The notes: generated by a model not told the origin, from the sequence alone. Positions 41,292 through 52,176 are shown, counted from the first letter of the stretch. The stretch: 64,000 nt of DNA from Acaryochloridaceae cyanobacterium VAR_48_metabat_390 (GCA_031422435.1 JANPLU010000112.1:1-64000); one strand, 5' to 3'. Translations and numbers: made by a program.

Positions 41292-42016
41292 TGACATTGA
41301 CCTTGCTCAAACTTGACATTGAGCTGCTAAGGAACGGCTGTTTGGCAATTGCGCAAGCTGCTGCATCGAGCTTTAACCCACAAGAGATTTTACGCAGCGC
41401 CTTGGAATGGGTGAATGGGCTAGGGACATTGGGAGCGATCGCCTTTATCGTCATCTACATCATTGCCACCGTCGCGTTTGTTCCAGGTTCCATTCTGACC
41501 CTTGGAGCTGGTGTGGTCTTTGGAATAGGCTTGGGTTCGCTTTATGTTTTAGTCGGGGCGACTTTGGGCGCGACTGCGGCCTTTTTAGTCGGGCGCTATC
41601 TAGCACGGGGCTGGGTTTCTCAAAAAATTGCAGGAAAGATAAAGTTTCGCGCTATTGACGAAGCCGTAGGTCGTGAAGGTTTCAAAATCGTGCTGCTCAC
41701 GCGGCTTTCCCCCATTTTTCCGTTTAATCTGCTGAACTATGCCTATGGAGTGACGGGTATTGCCCTCAAAGACTATATTCTGGCCTCCATTGGTATGATA
41801 CCGGGTACCATTCTGTACGTTTATATCGGCTCTTTGGCAGGCAGCATTGCGACCTTGGGCACTGGCACGCAGCCCACCGCCAATCTAGGAGTGCAGTGGG
41901 CAATTCGCATCATTGGCTTTATTGCTACTGCTGCCGTTACGGTTTATGTCACGCGAGTAGCCCGTAAGGCGTTAGCTGAAGCCGTCCCAGACCCAGAAGG
42001 AGAACGCCATGCATGA
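41291..42016 (+). CDS. TVP38/TMEM64 (DedA superfamily) membrane protein
   Basis: PGSILTLGAG, GATAAFLVGRY, RLSPIFPFNLLNY, GMIPGT. Confidence 0.9.
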   Translation: MTLTLLKLDIELLRNGCLAIAQAAASSFNPQEILRSALEWVNGLGTLGAIAFIVIYIIATVAFVPGSILTLGAGVVFGIGLGSLYVLVGATLGATAAFLVGRYLARGWVSQKIAGKIKFRAIDEAVGREGFKIVLLTRLSPIFPFNLLNYAYGVTGIALKDYILASIGMIPGTILYVYIGSLAGSIATLGTGTQPTANLGVQWAIRIIGFIATAAVTVYVTRVARKALAEAVPDPEGERHA

Positions 42017-43556
42017 CTTGATCGTTGAACCCATCAGCGTTTTGCCGACGGATGAATATAACCAGACGCTGGTGTCCTATGTGCATCCCAACGACTGGGT
42101 CAACCCAACGCCGTCTGAGATTTATGATTTGGTGGTGATTGGCGCAGGTACCGCAGGATTAGTGGTTGCAGCAGGCGCAGCGGGACTAGATATAGGACTC
42201 AAGGTTGCCCTTATCGAAAAGCATTTAATGGGCGGGGACTGTCTTAATGTTGGCTGTGTGCCTTCTAAGTGCATCATCCGGTCTTCGCGGGTAATGGGGG
42301 AACTATGGGGCGCAGCAGATCTGGGTATCAAAGTACCCGATGGGGTTGAGGTCGATTTTGCTGCGGTGATGGAGCGGATGCGTCGGCTGCGCGCTGGTAT
42401 TAGCCATCACGACTCAGCGGCTCGTTTTCAAAAGCTCGGCATTGACGTGTTTTTAGGCAATGGGTGTTTCAGTGGCGACAGCATGATTGAAGTAGGCGGT
42501 CAGACCCTGCGCTTCAAGAAAGCCGTCATTGCCACGGGCGCAAGAGCCGTGCGCCCTGCGCTCAAAGGAATTGAAGACGCTGGATTTTTAACCAATGAAA
42601 CGGTCTTTTCCCTGACCGAACGTCCAAATCGGTTGGCGGTGATTGGCGGTGGACCCATTGGCTGTGAGCTAGCCCAGGCTTTTCGGCGATTGGGTTGTGA
42701 AGTGGTGCTGTTCCATCGCGGCAGTCACCTTCTTAATAAAGAAGACGCAGACGCTGCCGATATTGTGCAAAAAGTTTTGGTGCGCGAAGGAATTCGCCTT
42801 GTGCTGGAGGCTCAACTAGAGCGGGTTGAAAAAACTGAAGCCGGAAAGACAGTTTACTTTAAGGTTGATGGCAGTCTGGACTCTATCACCGTGGATGAAA
42901 TTCTGGTAGGTGCAGGTAGAGCGCCCAATGTGGAAGAGCTTAATTTAGAAGGCGTTAGGGTAGATTTTGACCCTAAAAAAGGGGTGACAGTTAACGACTA
43001 TCTGCAAACCACTAACCCCAAAATTTATGCGGCGGGAGATATCTGTATGGACTGGAAGTTTACCCACGCAGCGGATGCGGCGGCTCGCATTGTGATTAAA
43101 AATACGCTTTTTTCACCCTTTGGTTTAGGTCGCTCTAAGTTGAGTGACCTAACGATGCCTTGGGTTACGTTTACGGATCCTGAGATTGGCCATGTGGGTC
43201 TTTCAGAAGAAGAAGCTCAAAAGCAGGGGATTGCAGTTAACACCATCTTAATTCCGCTAAGTCAGGTGGATCGGGCGATCGCCGATGGAGAAACCGAAGG
43301 CTTTGTTAAAATCCACCACAAGAAAGGCTCTGACCAGATTGTTGGAGCCACCATCGTGGCGCGTCACGCGGGAGAAATGATTTCTGAAGTCACCACGGCA
43401 ATTGTCGGGAAACTGGGCTTAAGTACCCTCAGTGGTGTGATCCATCCCTACCCCACTCAGGCTGAAGGCATAAAAAAAGCAGCCGATGCCTATCGACGAA
43501 CGTTACTAACGCCGAGGTCAAAAAAGCTGCTGAAATGGTTAACAAAAATCTCTTAA
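42009..43556 (+). CDS. Pyridine nucleotide-disulfide oxidoreductase (mercuric-reductase-like, lacks MerA C-terminal CC)
   Basis: GAGTAG, GGDCLNVGCVPSK, GGGPIGCE, FTHAA, IHPYPT. Confidence 0.88.
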   Translation: MHDLIVEPISVLPTDEYNQTLVSYVHPNDWVNPTPSEIYDLVVIGAGTAGLVVAAGAAGLDIGLKVALIEKHLMGGDCLNVGCVPSKCIIRSSRVMGELWGAADLGIKVPDGVEVDFAAVMERMRRLRAGISHHDSAARFQKLGIDVFLGNGCFSGDSMIEVGGQTLRFKKAVIATGARAVRPALKGIEDAGFLTNETVFSLTERPNRLAVIGGGPIGCELAQAFRRLGCEVVLFHRGSHLLNKEDADAADIVQKVLVREGIRLVLEAQLERVEKTEAGKTVYFKVDGSLDSITVDEILVGAGRAPNVEELNLEGVRVDFDPKKGVTVNDYLQTTNPKIYAAGDICMDWKFTHAADAAARIVIKNTLFSPFGLGRSKLSDLTMPWVTFTDPEIGHVGLSEEEAQKQGIAVNTILIPLSQVDRAIADGETEGFVKIHHKKGSDQIVGATIVARHAGEMISEVTTAIVGKLGLSTLSGVIHPYPTQAEGIKKAADAYRRTLLTPRSKKLLKWLTKIS

Positions 43557-43616
43557 CAAGAGTGGGCTTTCATTTGACAAGCTTTGCTATTGGGCTCAGG
43601 ACAACCCCTGAGAGCT

Positions 43617-44114
43617 TCACCACCCCCAAGTTCCTGGATCTCCCTTAAAAGGCCCCACAATATCTTGGGTAATCCAGCCGCCGTAAAAGTCTCCTGGCTG
43701 GGACTGCACCCGCTCTCCATCGACATAGCAGGCATCCATTCGGCTAGGGTAAAACGCAATGTAGCAACGGATGCCCTCAAACTGAGGCGTGGGTTCTGGA
43801 TAGTACCAGGCTGCGGCTTCGAGGAGCCTACCTCCCACGGCTAAATTGTAGTAAGCCGCCATCCCTTTCCACTCGCAGAAGCTAGTGTGTGTCATAGGCT
43901 GGCAGTATTCCAGCCGCACATCCTCCGGCGGGATGTAGTAGACGGGCGGATGGCTTGTTTCTAAAACGCGCTGGGCGCGACGAGTCTCAGCAATCATTAC
44001 CCCACCGCACTCCACTTGGACTAATTTTGCCGTCGCTTCTAGGGCAGGCGGACGTGGATAGTCCCAGACAGACTCTTGCCCAGGCTCTGGCTGAATTCGT
44101 TGTGAGCCAAACAT
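43617..44114 (-). CDS. DUF427 domain protein
   Basis: ESVWDYPRPP, LETSHPPVYY, SFCEWKG, FYGGWIT. Confidence 0.9.
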   Translation of the reverse strand: MFGSQRIQPEPGQESVWDYPRPPALEATAKLVQVECGGVMIAETRRAQRVLETSHPPVYYIPPEDVRLEYCQPMTHTSFCEWKGMAAYYNLAVGGRLLEAAAWYYPEPTPQFEGIRCYIAFYPSRMDACYVDGERVQSQPGDFYGGWITQDIVGPFKGDPGTWGW

Positions 44115-44300
44115 AAACTTAACCAACCCTATCGACAATGCAACATATACGCAAAAAGCACCTCCCAAAAGAGGTGCTTCTTAGAAACTCCAGCGTGAGG
44201 CAAAGAGGCACCCAGTGAGCCCCGAGCACTAAGAGTTAAATCTGAATTGCTCAGACAAGCCCTGAATTGTTAAATCCCCCACACCCAATCCATCAAAACC

Positions 44301-44408
44301 TTAACCTTCTCCGCGACTGGCTGTTTGAACATACAAAATGATCAGAAAAACCGTCGGCACAAACACGAATAAAGCCGTAGCAATCAATCCAAGATTATTA
44401 ACTTCCAT
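44301..44408 (-). CDS. psbM: Photosystem II reaction center protein M
   Basis: [35 protein letters not shown], translated by hand; not in the ORF track. Confidence 0.95.
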   Translation of the reverse strand: MEVNNLGLIATALFVFVPTVFLIILYVQTASRGEG

Positions 44409-44502
44409 AGGAATTAACTCTTTTTATCCCAGCACAGATCTATAAGACTACAATACTATCGTTGCGTCATGGTCAAGCTTAAATGCGCCATAATGCCGAA
44501 GG

Positions 44503-44895
44503 TCAAGGCTTTGTCTCTACCGTCACCGAACCATTAACCATTGTTTGACAAGCAAGACGGTAGCTTTCAGGGCGTTTCTTGAGCCTCCGGTTTTCAAAAT
44601 CCGTGCGCGGTGAAAGCTGATCGGCTCCTTCCGTGATGTTGACGACGCAGGTTGCACATTGCCCAATGCCCCCACAGTTCATCAGCTTGCCCTTAAACGT
44701 GTAGATATCAACCCCATTTTCGATCGCCTTTTGCCGTAGGTTTGCGCCTGCCGCCGCCGTAACCTCTTTACCTTCCTTAATGAAATTGATGCTCGCCAAA
44801 AATGACATTGGCTTAGCGCTCTGGGGTATTGCAGCGGTCACAGATGAATCCTCGACAGATGCCTGCTGCTCTGCGGGATTGGTCGCTTGACTCAT
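44503..44895 (-). CDS. 2Fe-2S ferredoxin-like protein
   Basis: [11 protein letters not shown]...RLACQ; psbM/psbB neighbourhood. Confidence 0.9.
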   Translation of the reverse strand: MSQATNPAEQQASVEDSSVTAAIPQSAKPMSFLASINFIKEGKEVTAAAGANLRQKAIENGVDIYTFKGKLMNCGGIGQCATCVVNITEGADQLSPRTDFENRRLKKRPESYRLACQTMVNGSVTVETKP

Positions 44896-45415
44896 AAAAC
44901 AGGTCTCCTCGAAACAACCTTAGAAATCTAAAAATGCGAAGAAATATTACGGGTAGTAGCCGCATAAGTCTCTTTAAAGCGCGTCAAACCTATTGTTTTC
45001 AAAACATTAAGCTTCCTTGAAAACTGATGAGACACTCGTTACAGTTCTTTATATAGTTTAATAGTTTTCTGCCTCAACGCTGTTATTTAGGCCACTGACA
45101 CGGCCTTCTTAGCAAAGCAAACTTTAGGCTTAAAACACCTAATGAATAAGAACTTCACGACGGAAGGTGTTCTGGCAGACTCATCAAATAAGCTAAGTAC
45201 ATAACCACCAAGGCGCTTCATGCCAAGTGCTTAAGTATGCTTCAATAGTGGTCAATGACTCTCTTAGTTTGCTCAGATGCCTGAGTCTAACAAAAGACGC
45301 TTCCAATGGCTGTTTCAGCCGTTGAGGCAAGGTTTAATATTCCTCGGGGTATCGAGCCTCGGAATAAAAACTGTTGGAAAAATGTAACGATATTTTAAGA
45401 GGAGGAGCGTAGTCA

Positions 45416-46942
45416 ATGGGACTACCCTGGTACCGCGTCCACACGGTCTTAATTAACGACCCAGGGCGACTGATCGCAACGCACTTGATGCATACCGCGC
45501 TGGTCGCAGGCTGGGCTGGCTCCATGGCTCTCTATGAGCTAGCCGTTTTTGACCCCAGCGATCCAATTTTGAACCCCATGTGGCGGCAGGGCATGTTTGT
45601 ACTGCCCTTTATGTCACGATTGGGCATTACGTCTTCTTGGGGCGGCTGGAGCGTTTTAGGTGAAACGGGCGTTAATCCGGGCTTCTGGAGTTTTGAAGGC
45701 GTTGCGCTGGCGCACATTGTGCTGAGCGGCCTTTTGTTTTTAGCTGCCATCTGGCACTGGGTTTACTGGGATCTTGAGCTATTTAGAGACCCCCGCACGG
45801 GTGAACCGGCGCTAGATCTGCCCAAGATGTTTGGGATTCACCTATTTTTGTCTGGTCTGCTGTGCTTTGGTTTTGGCGCTTTCCATCTCACAGGTCTATG
45901 GGGACCTGGGATGTGGGTTTCTGACCCCTACGGATTAACGGGGCATGTTCAGCCCGTTGCTCCAGAGTGGGGACCTGACGGGTTTAATCCTTACAATCCA
46001 GGCGGTATTGTGGCTCACCACATTGCAGCAGGGGTTGTGGGCATTATTGCTGGTCTGTTTCACCTGATTGTGCGCCCTCCTCAGCGGCTCTATAAGGCAC
46101 TGCGGATGGGGAACATCGAAACGGTGCTTTCTAGCAGTATTGCGGCTGTGTTCTTTGCTGCGTTTATCGTGGCTGGCACCATGTGGTACGGAACCGCTGC
46201 AACGCCCATTGAGCTATTTGGCCCTACTCGCTATCAGTGGGACAACAGCTACTTCCAGCAAGAAATGGTGCGTCGAGTGCAAACCGGTGTTGCTAACGGC
46301 AAGAGCATTGCCGAAGCTTGGGAAGGGATTCCTGAGAAGCTGGCATTTTACGACTATGTGGGCAATAGCCCCGCCAAGGGTGGGCTGTTTCGCACAGGCG
46401 CAATGAACAGCGGAGATGGCATTGCCCGTCAGTGGCAAGGACATCCCGTGTTCAAAGACAGTACAGGCGAAGAGCTATTTGTGCGTCGCCTACCGAATTT
46501 CTTTGAAACGTTCCCTGTGCTTTTAGTCGATGGCGCTGGCGAAATCAAAGCTGATATCCCGTTCCGTCGGGCTGAGTCTAAGTACAGCTTTGAGCAGAAG
46601 GGCATTACGGTGAGCCTCTACGGTGGCGCATTGGATGGTCAAACCTTCACGGATGCGGCAACGGTCAAGAAGTATGCCCGTAAGGCGCAGCTCGGCGAAC
46701 CTTTCGAGTTTGACTCTGAAACGTTAAGCTCTGACGGGATTTTCCGAACCAGTCCTCGCGGTTGGTTTACCTTTGGTCATGCCTGCTTCGCGCTGCTGTT
46801 TTTCTTTGGTCACATTTGGCACGGCGCTCGCACGCTGTTCCGTGATGTGTTTGCTGGGGTTGACCCAGACCTTGCCGAAGAACAGGTTGAGTGGGGCTAT
46901 TACCAAAAGCTGGGCGATACGTCTACTCGCAGTAGAGTTTAA
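45416..46942 (+). CDS. psbB: Photosystem II CP47
   Basis: [37 protein letters not shown] upstream. Confidence 0.99.
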   Translation: MGLPWYRVHTVLINDPGRLIATHLMHTALVAGWAGSMALYELAVFDPSDPILNPMWRQGMFVLPFMSRLGITSSWGGWSVLGETGVNPGFWSFEGVALAHIVLSGLLFLAAIWHWVYWDLELFRDPRTGEPALDLPKMFGIHLFLSGLLCFGFGAFHLTGLWGPGMWVSDPYGLTGHVQPVAPEWGPDGFNPYNPGGIVAHHIAAGVVGIIAGLFHLIVRPPQRLYKALRMGNIETVLSSSIAAVFFAAFIVAGTMWYGTAATPIELFGPTRYQWDNSYFQQEMVRRVQTGVANGKSIAEAWEGIPEKLAFYDYVGNSPAKGGLFRTGAMNSGDGIARQWQGHPVFKDSTGEELFVRRLPNFFETFPVLLVDGAGEIKADIPFRRAESKYSFEQKGITVSLYGGALDGQTFTDAATVKKYARKAQLGEPFEFDSETLSSDGIFRTSPRGWFTFGHACFALLFFFGHIWHGARTLFRDVFAGVDPDLAEEQVEWGYYQKLGDTSTRSRV

Positions 46943-47044
46943 CTCTCTCTAATAAAGGTGCTCTAGGGCTGCGCTGCTGCTTTTAGGGCACCTTTTTTGA
47001 TATCACGCTACCCTGAACACTATCAAGATTTTGGTGAGGCTCCT

Positions 47045-47143
47045 ATGGAAGCGATCGCATACGTATTCATCTTTGCCTGTTTGTTGGGTCTGTTCTTCTT
47101 TGCTATTTTCTTCCGTGAACCGCCGCGTATTACGAAGGATTAG
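47045..47143 (+). CDS. psbT: Photosystem II reaction center protein T
   Basis: [32 protein letters not shown], translated by hand. Confidence 0.95.
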   Translation: MEAIAYVFIFACLLGLFFFAIFFREPPRITKD

Positions 47144-47163
47144 TCTAGTTTAAAGACCATAGA

Positions 47164-47197
47164 GATCCCCCTCAGGACTAACCTAAGGGGGATTTTT
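47164..47197 (+). terminator. Terminator after psbB-psbT
   Basis: ATCCCCCTCAGG-ACTAA-CCTAAGGGGGAT followed by a T run. Confidence 0.7.
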
Positions 47198-47244
47198 CAT
47201 ACTAAAACCAGCGTCTGTGCCGCTATGATAGAAATGTGCTTTTC

Positions 47245-47317
47245 GGGGAATTAGCTCAGTTGGTAGAGTGCTGCGATCGCACCGCAGAGGTCAGGGGTTC
47301 GAATCCCCTATTCTCCA
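47245..47317 (+). tRNA. tRNA-Ala(CGC)
   Basis: GGGGAAT/ATTCTCC acceptor stem with G3:U70, anticodon arm CTGCG-ATCGCAC-CGCAG. Confidence 0.95.
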
Positions 47318-47423
47318 TCTTTTATTCGGTCAGCTTTTTCTTTGACAAGTAATGAGGCCAACCCAATTAGATAATGGGTCGAACCAGATTTAGAGTCCGG
47401 TCCCCGTCTAATAGGGTGCCGAT

Positions 47424-47846
47424 CTAATCCTCTGCGATGTCGCCATCCTCACCCAGCTGCTTAAGATGGATGTGCTTATAACCCAGCTTGATTTCAAACT
47501 CATCACCCGCCTTAAGACCCATCTTCTCGGTGTAGCCAGAACCGATCACAATGGTTCCATTTTTATGAACCGTTAACCGATAGGTGGCCTCTCGCCCTCT
47601 ACCATCCTTACTACTCTCTGACTCTAGAGAAACACCTCTAGCCTCAAGGATAGCGTTGATGAATCCACTGATATTTACGCGAGAATTTCCATTTTTCCCA
47701 ATGCTTACGTAGCCGCATTCACGCGCTTTTGCGCTGCGAGATAGCTTGGGAATTTCTTTGAGCTTTTGTAGCAATGCTTTGCCGGTTAAAGGCTTTGCTT
47801 CTAGCTCTCTTTCGGTTTTTACTTCAGCTTTCGCTTTCTTCGCCAT
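47424..47846 (-). CDS. Cyanobacterial AbrB-family transcriptional regulator (cyAbrB)
   Basis: PLTGKALLQK, ARECGY, GRGREATYR, GDEFEIKLGYKHIHL. Confidence 0.93.
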   Translation of the reverse strand: MAKKAKAEVKTERELEAKPLTGKALLQKLKEIPKLSRSAKARECGYVSIGKNGNSRVNISGFINAILEARGVSLESESSKDGRGREATYRLTVHKNGTIVIGSGYTEKMGLKAGDEFEIKLGYKHIHLKQLGEDGDIAED

Positions 47847-48103
47847 TGAGAGTGGTGCCTTTATATATCTTGAATGTTGAATGTATCTAAAATTCTAGCC
47901 TAGATTAAATAAAATTCAATCATTAATAATGATGTGCTTATCTCTATTTCTCCAAATAATCCTTGCTCTTAATTCATTCCTGTTGAAAATTAGCAAATCT
48001 TACTTTCCCTCTGATTTATCTTAGGGATTTGCGGCAAAAAGGCGATCGCTAATCTTTATCGAGTTTGTACAGTGTGATTCATTTAGGTGTTGAATAGAAG
48101 TCG

Positions 48104-48796
48104 TTGATAGCATTGAGATGGACAAAACACAGAATGATGCAGAGACCGTTTAGCAAAACCGTACTTCTATTATTTGCTTTGCTAATTCCAATGCTGGAGC
48201 TGGCCTGTAGCCGTTCTGGTGAAAATTCTACAACTGAAGATGTAAAGACCCAATCTCCCCCTCAATATACTGCCGCTTTAGGAGGCTTCCAACTGCTTAA
48301 GGGTACCCCTTACCTCATGGCTCCCGTGACGAATATCGAGTCACGCTCAGATAGAAGTTCATCGGGTGAATCCTACAACAGCGGAGTGCAAAACCATAAC
48401 CTAGTCTTACTAGACACAAATTCTTTGGTCTCTCATCGACTGTTTGACAAGAATGTCTATGTCATTACCCAGACCGACCAGTACACTCAAAAGGTCAATG
48501 GTAAGGACGTAACCCGATGGCTGGTGCATCAGGTTCTTAAATCAGATACTGATGGCAATAAGCGCTTGGATCAGAACGATCTACGAACTTTAGGGATATC
48601 ATTAGCAAGTGGTAAAAAATATGTTGAGGTTTTAACGGGCATCACCGAAATTTTTGGCCTGACAATGGTGGATCCTGGAAAATTAATCGTGATCTATGGC
48701 AAAAACAGAGCCAAGATAGCCAGCATTATTGACCTCGACAAACGCACTACAATAGCGACCCAGCCCATCGTTGACCTGGGTATTCAAGTGAAATGA
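48104..48796 (+). CDS. Hypothetical lipoprotein; start uncertain
   Basis: Hydrophobic signal ending ELA-C (lipobox-like); EF-hand-like DTDGNKRLDQND. Confidence 0.65.
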   Translation: MIALRWTKHRMMQRPFSKTVLLLFALLIPMLELACSRSGENSTTEDVKTQSPPQYTAALGGFQLLKGTPYLMAPVTNIESRSDRSSSGESYNSGVQNHNLVLLDTNSLVSHRLFDKNVYVITQTDQYTQKVNGKDVTRWLVHQVLKSDTDGNKRLDQNDLRTLGISLASGKKYVEVLTGITEIFGLTMVDPGKLIVIYGKNRAKIASIIDLDKRTTIATQPIVDLGIQVK

Positions 48797-48833
48797 AGCT
48801 CTACTGAAGGGGAACCGTGAGGATTTTAAGACT

Positions 48834-49145
48834 GTGCAGCCCATTGCCTTATATCGGAAAACAGTAGGCGTACCCACAGCGGTGGGGGTAAGTCAGGGAG
48901 GGCTACATGCCTTCATGATAGGTACTCAGCGAGTAAAGAGCGGTGGACAAGTTTTTGAGCGCCCTGTTGTTTTTGTGGGTGCCAATCCCAATCCCGTTCC
49001 CAATGCTGACCAGTGGATTGCGGTTTTGCACCTCATCCGATTTTCGCAGCCGAATGCCTGGACTTTTGACGAGGCGGCGATCTCCCAGGTTATGGATCAT
49101 CAGCTTGTGGATGCGCCCAGTTCATTGGACAAAACAGACGCCTGA
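48834..49145 (+). CDS. Hypothetical protein or 5'-truncated gene fragment
   Basis: Frame is open from 48792 with no ATG near its 5' end; protein-like composition, no recognised family. Confidence 0.3.
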   Translation: MQPIALYRKTVGVPTAVGVSQGGLHAFMIGTQRVKSGGQVFERPVVFVGANPNPVPNADQWIAVLHLIRFSQPNAWTFDEAAISQVMDHQLVDAPSSLDKTDA

Positions 49146-49177
49146 AGCATTTCTTCGGCCTACAATGCAGCGCAACC

Positions 49178-49729
49178 TTAGCTAAGATGCTGCTGGGCTT
49201 TCCATTCAAACAAGTCATCAATCGACACAAATTCAGTCAAGATTCCATTTTCGGCACCGCGAGACACCAAGCTAGGGTCAGTTGTAAATACCGCACATTC
49301 AAAACGATTCATTGGGATCTTCCAGTGTTCGCTCAGGAAAGTTTTAAGTCTGCCAACCTGCGCTAAGACATCCTTTCGCTTCTTTGTACGGCGGCGCTGA
49401 GCCGTTGTTCCGTGAGCTCCTAAATCAATATATTTAGTTTCAATTAAAAAGAGGGACTGCTGCGTGGTGAGGTACACAAAGTCACATTTGCCCAGATCCG
49501 TCCGGTTGTCCAAGTCTGGAGATTTTTCAAAGAGTAGAAGGCGATCGCAGGTGGGCAAATACTGCCTAATATTGAGATACACAAACGCCTGAAGCAGCAG
49601 CTCTTTATCATAGGGAAAACAAACCACCCCCTCAAAAAAGCGACGGACATCGTCGGGAGGCTCCGGCTGAATCGTCTGGCAGGCTTGAACAAACTGGTTG
49701 AGGGACGCCTGTACTGCAACGGATTCCAT
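49178..49729 (-). CDS. Hypothetical protein with PD-(D/E)XK nuclease-like motif
   Basis: E...GKCDFVYLTTQQSLFLIETK followed by a helix with LAQV. Confidence 0.6.
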   Translation of the reverse strand: MESVAVQASLNQFVQACQTIQPEPPDDVRRFFEGVVCFPYDKELLLQAFVYLNIRQYLPTCDRLLLFEKSPDLDNRTDLGKCDFVYLTTQQSLFLIETKYIDLGAHGTTAQRRRTKKRKDVLAQVGRLKTFLSEHWKIPMNRFECAVFTTDPSLVSRGAENGILTEFVSIDDLFEWKAQQHLS

Positions 49730-50045
49730 TTAGGTGAGGGTTGGGTGCGGATTTGATAGAGATTACAAACGCTTACAGTGTAGAGCGTCTAACTTCAAAA
49801 TCCTGGTTGCGATGTCACCATTCACCGACGTTAAGGGCGAATCTGGACATTCTTAACAATGGCGTGGAGGTAGGGCGCAAAACGATATTCCCTGAAAAGC
49901 CACATCAAATATTGTGTCAACATTATGAGTATTGTTTCAGGCAGATCAATGCCTTTGCCTTGGACGTTAGGCTTAGGTCAGTGTAGGCTTCCGATCTGTT
50001 GCTCTACAAAACTTTTATGCAGATTACCCAAGGGAGTTTTAAAGT

Positions 50046-51572
50046 ATGAAATTGGCGTATTGGATGTATGCTGGCCCCGCACACATTGGCACACTCCGCA
50101 TTGCCAGCTCATTCAAAAATGTCCACGGCATTATGCACGCCCCCCTGGGGGATGACTATTTCAACGTGATGCGCTCCATGCTGACTCGTGAGCGTGACTT
50201 TACCCCTGTCACCACTAGCGTTGTTGATCGGCACGTTTTAGCCCGTGGCTCCCAAGAAAAGGTGGTAGACAATATTACGCGCAAAGATGCAGAAGAGCAT
50301 CCTGACCTGATTGTGCTGACTCCCACCTGCACCTCTAGTATTTTGCAAGAAGACCTTCAGAACTTTGTCGAACGCGCTGCCGAAACGTCTCAGGGTGACG
50401 TGCTGCTGGCAGATATTAACCACTATCGCTACAACGAGCTTCAGGCTGCTGACCGCACCCTCGACCAGATTGTGCAGTTCTACATCGAAAAAGCCCGTAA
50501 AGATGGGTCGCTGCCCCAAGGCAAAACCGCAAAGCCTTCGGTCAATATTATTGGCATGACCACCCTAGGGTTCCACAATAACCACGACGCAACTGAGTTA
50601 AAGCGTTTGATGGCGGATCTGGGTATTGAGGTCAACGAGATTATTCCAGAGGGTGCCTTTGTCAACAACCTGAAGCGTCTGCCCCAAGCTTGGTTTAACC
50701 TTGTCCCCTACCGCGAAATTGGAGTGACGACTGCCCAGTATCTCGAAAAAGAATTTGGGATGCCCTGCGTAGACATTACCCCAATGGGCATTGTAGAGAC
50801 GGCACGCTGCATCCGCTCTATTCAAAAGGTGCTGAATGCCCAGGGTGCGGAGGTCGATTACGAACCCTACATTGATGAGCAAACTCGCTTTGTGTCTCAG
50901 GCGGCCTGGTTCTCTCGCTCCATTGACTGCCAAAACCTGACGGGCAAAAAAGCCGTTGTGTTTGGCGATAATACCCACGCTGCCGCCATGACCAAAATTT
51001 TGGCACGGGAAATGGGGATTCATGTGGTGATGGCTGGCACCTACTGCAAATACGACGCGGACTGGTTTAGAGATCAGGTCAGCGAATACTGCGATGAAGT
51101 GCTGATTACCGATGATCATGGCGAAATTGGCGACAAAATTGCAAAGCATGAGCCATCCGCCATCTTTGGCACCCAAATGGAGCGGCACGTTGGCAAACGC
51201 CTGGATATCCCCTGCGGCGTAATTGCGGCTCCCATCCACATTCAAAACTTTCCGGTCGGCTATACCCCCTATTTGGGCTATGAGGGCGCAAACCAAGTGG
51301 TGGATTTGGTCTATAACTCTTTCACCTTAGGCATGGAAGATCATCTGCTCGAAATCTTTGGCGGTCACGATACCAAAGAGGTGATTACCAAAACCATGTC
51401 GGCTGGGTCAGATCTTGGCTGGACACCGGATGGACAGGCAGAGCTGAACAAAATTCCTGGATTTGTGCGGGGCAAGGTCAAGCGCAATGCCGAGAAGTTT
51501 GCTCGCGATCGCGGTTTTGCCGAAATCAATGCAGAAGTTCTCTATGCTGCCAAAGAAGCTGTGGGTGCGTAG
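50046..51572 (+). CDS. chlB: Light-independent protochlorophyllide reductase subunit B
   Basis: [35 protein letters not shown]-terminal PCP_red domain. Confidence 0.98.
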   Translation: MKLAYWMYAGPAHIGTLRIASSFKNVHGIMHAPLGDDYFNVMRSMLTRERDFTPVTTSVVDRHVLARGSQEKVVDNITRKDAEEHPDLIVLTPTCTSSILQEDLQNFVERAAETSQGDVLLADINHYRYNELQAADRTLDQIVQFYIEKARKDGSLPQGKTAKPSVNIIGMTTLGFHNNHDATELKRLMADLGIEVNEIIPEGAFVNNLKRLPQAWFNLVPYREIGVTTAQYLEKEFGMPCVDITPMGIVETARCIRSIQKVLNAQGAEVDYEPYIDEQTRFVSQAAWFSRSIDCQNLTGKKAVVFGDNTHAAAMTKILAREMGIHVVMAGTYCKYDADWFRDQVSEYCDEVLITDDHGEIGDKIAKHEPSAIFGTQMERHVGKRLDIPCGVIAAPIHIQNFPVGYTPYLGYEGANQVVDLVYNSFTLGMEDHLLEIFGGHDTKEVITKTMSAGSDLGWTPDGQAELNKIPGFVRGKVKRNAEKFARDRGFAEINAEVLYAAKEAVGA

Positions 51573-51584
51573 AGCTGCATTATC

Positions 51585-51618
51585 CTGTAGGGGCGCACAT
51601 ACCTTGCGCCCCCTACAG
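51585..51618. repeat. GTAG-type REP hairpin between convergent genes
   Basis: CTGTAGGGGCGCA-CATACCT-TGCGCCCCCTACAG. Confidence 0.7.
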
Positions 51619-51627
51619 TGTGCTACT

Positions 51628-52176
51628 TCAATTCAGGCCATGTCGCCATTTTTCTAGCTTCTTCTTAGCATCCGGATCTAAAGAATGCGACAGCAATCGC
51701 GTGGACGTTTTTTTGTTAGATCGCTGCTTGCGTTGAATACTTAAGGCGATCGCCTCTACATCCCCCAAAAGCTGCTGGGCAGAGATCCATTCTGCGCCGT
51801 AGCCCATCACGGTGAGCTGCTGAGCGCGGTCGTTGGTGGCAACAATGAGACGATGGTGAGCCTTACGCGCTTGAAACCGTGCCTGAGAACAAAAGAGTTC
51901 AATGTGCGTATCGGCGGTTTCGCCATACTCGGTATAAAAAATTTCTAAGGCGTTGGTAATGAGTTCAGAATTGCCATAGGAGCCGTGGCGCTGGTGGGCA
52001 TCAAATATGATGCGAGTCTGGTAGCCTTGAAACGCACTATAGTTGGCTAACTCTTCAATGAGCTGTTCTCGCGCAGCGTCCAAGGTCGCGCGATCGCCGC
52101 AAAACGCAAGGGGCATCCAGGCTCCAATCACGTTGTAGCCATCGACGAGGAGCGTCACATCTGAGGGAGCTGCCAT
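51628..52176 (-). CDS. NYN domain ribonuclease (YacP/Rae1 family)
   Basis: LLVDGYNVIG, IIFDA, ETADTHIE, VATND. Confidence 0.9.
   Translation of the reverse strand: MAAPSDVTLLVDGYNVIGAWMPLAFCGDRATLDAAREQLIEELANYSAFQGYQTRIIFDAHQRHGSYGNSELITNALEIFYTEYGETADTHIELFCSQARFQARKAHHRLIVATNDRAQQLTVMGYGAEWISAQQLLGDVEAIALSIQRKQRSNKKTSTRLLSHSLDPDAKKKLEKWRHGLN

Noticed and set aside
47271..47281. HIP1 octamer in the tRNA-Ala anticodon arm
   Set aside because: Largely dictated by the CGC anticodon and stem; no sign of an insertion.
48865..48900. CCCACAGCGGTGGGGGTAAGTCA as an IS200/IS605 end
   Set aside because: Weak resemblance only; no tnpA/tnpB nearby and it lies inside an open frame.
50598..51296. 232-aa antisense ORF within chlB (and similar shadow ORFs in lysS, acnB, psbB, leuC)
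   Set aside because: Antisense frames of highly conserved genes with no independent motifs.
50046..51572. chlB without chlL/chlN
   Set aside because: Separation of chlB from chlLN is the normal cyanobacterial arrangement.
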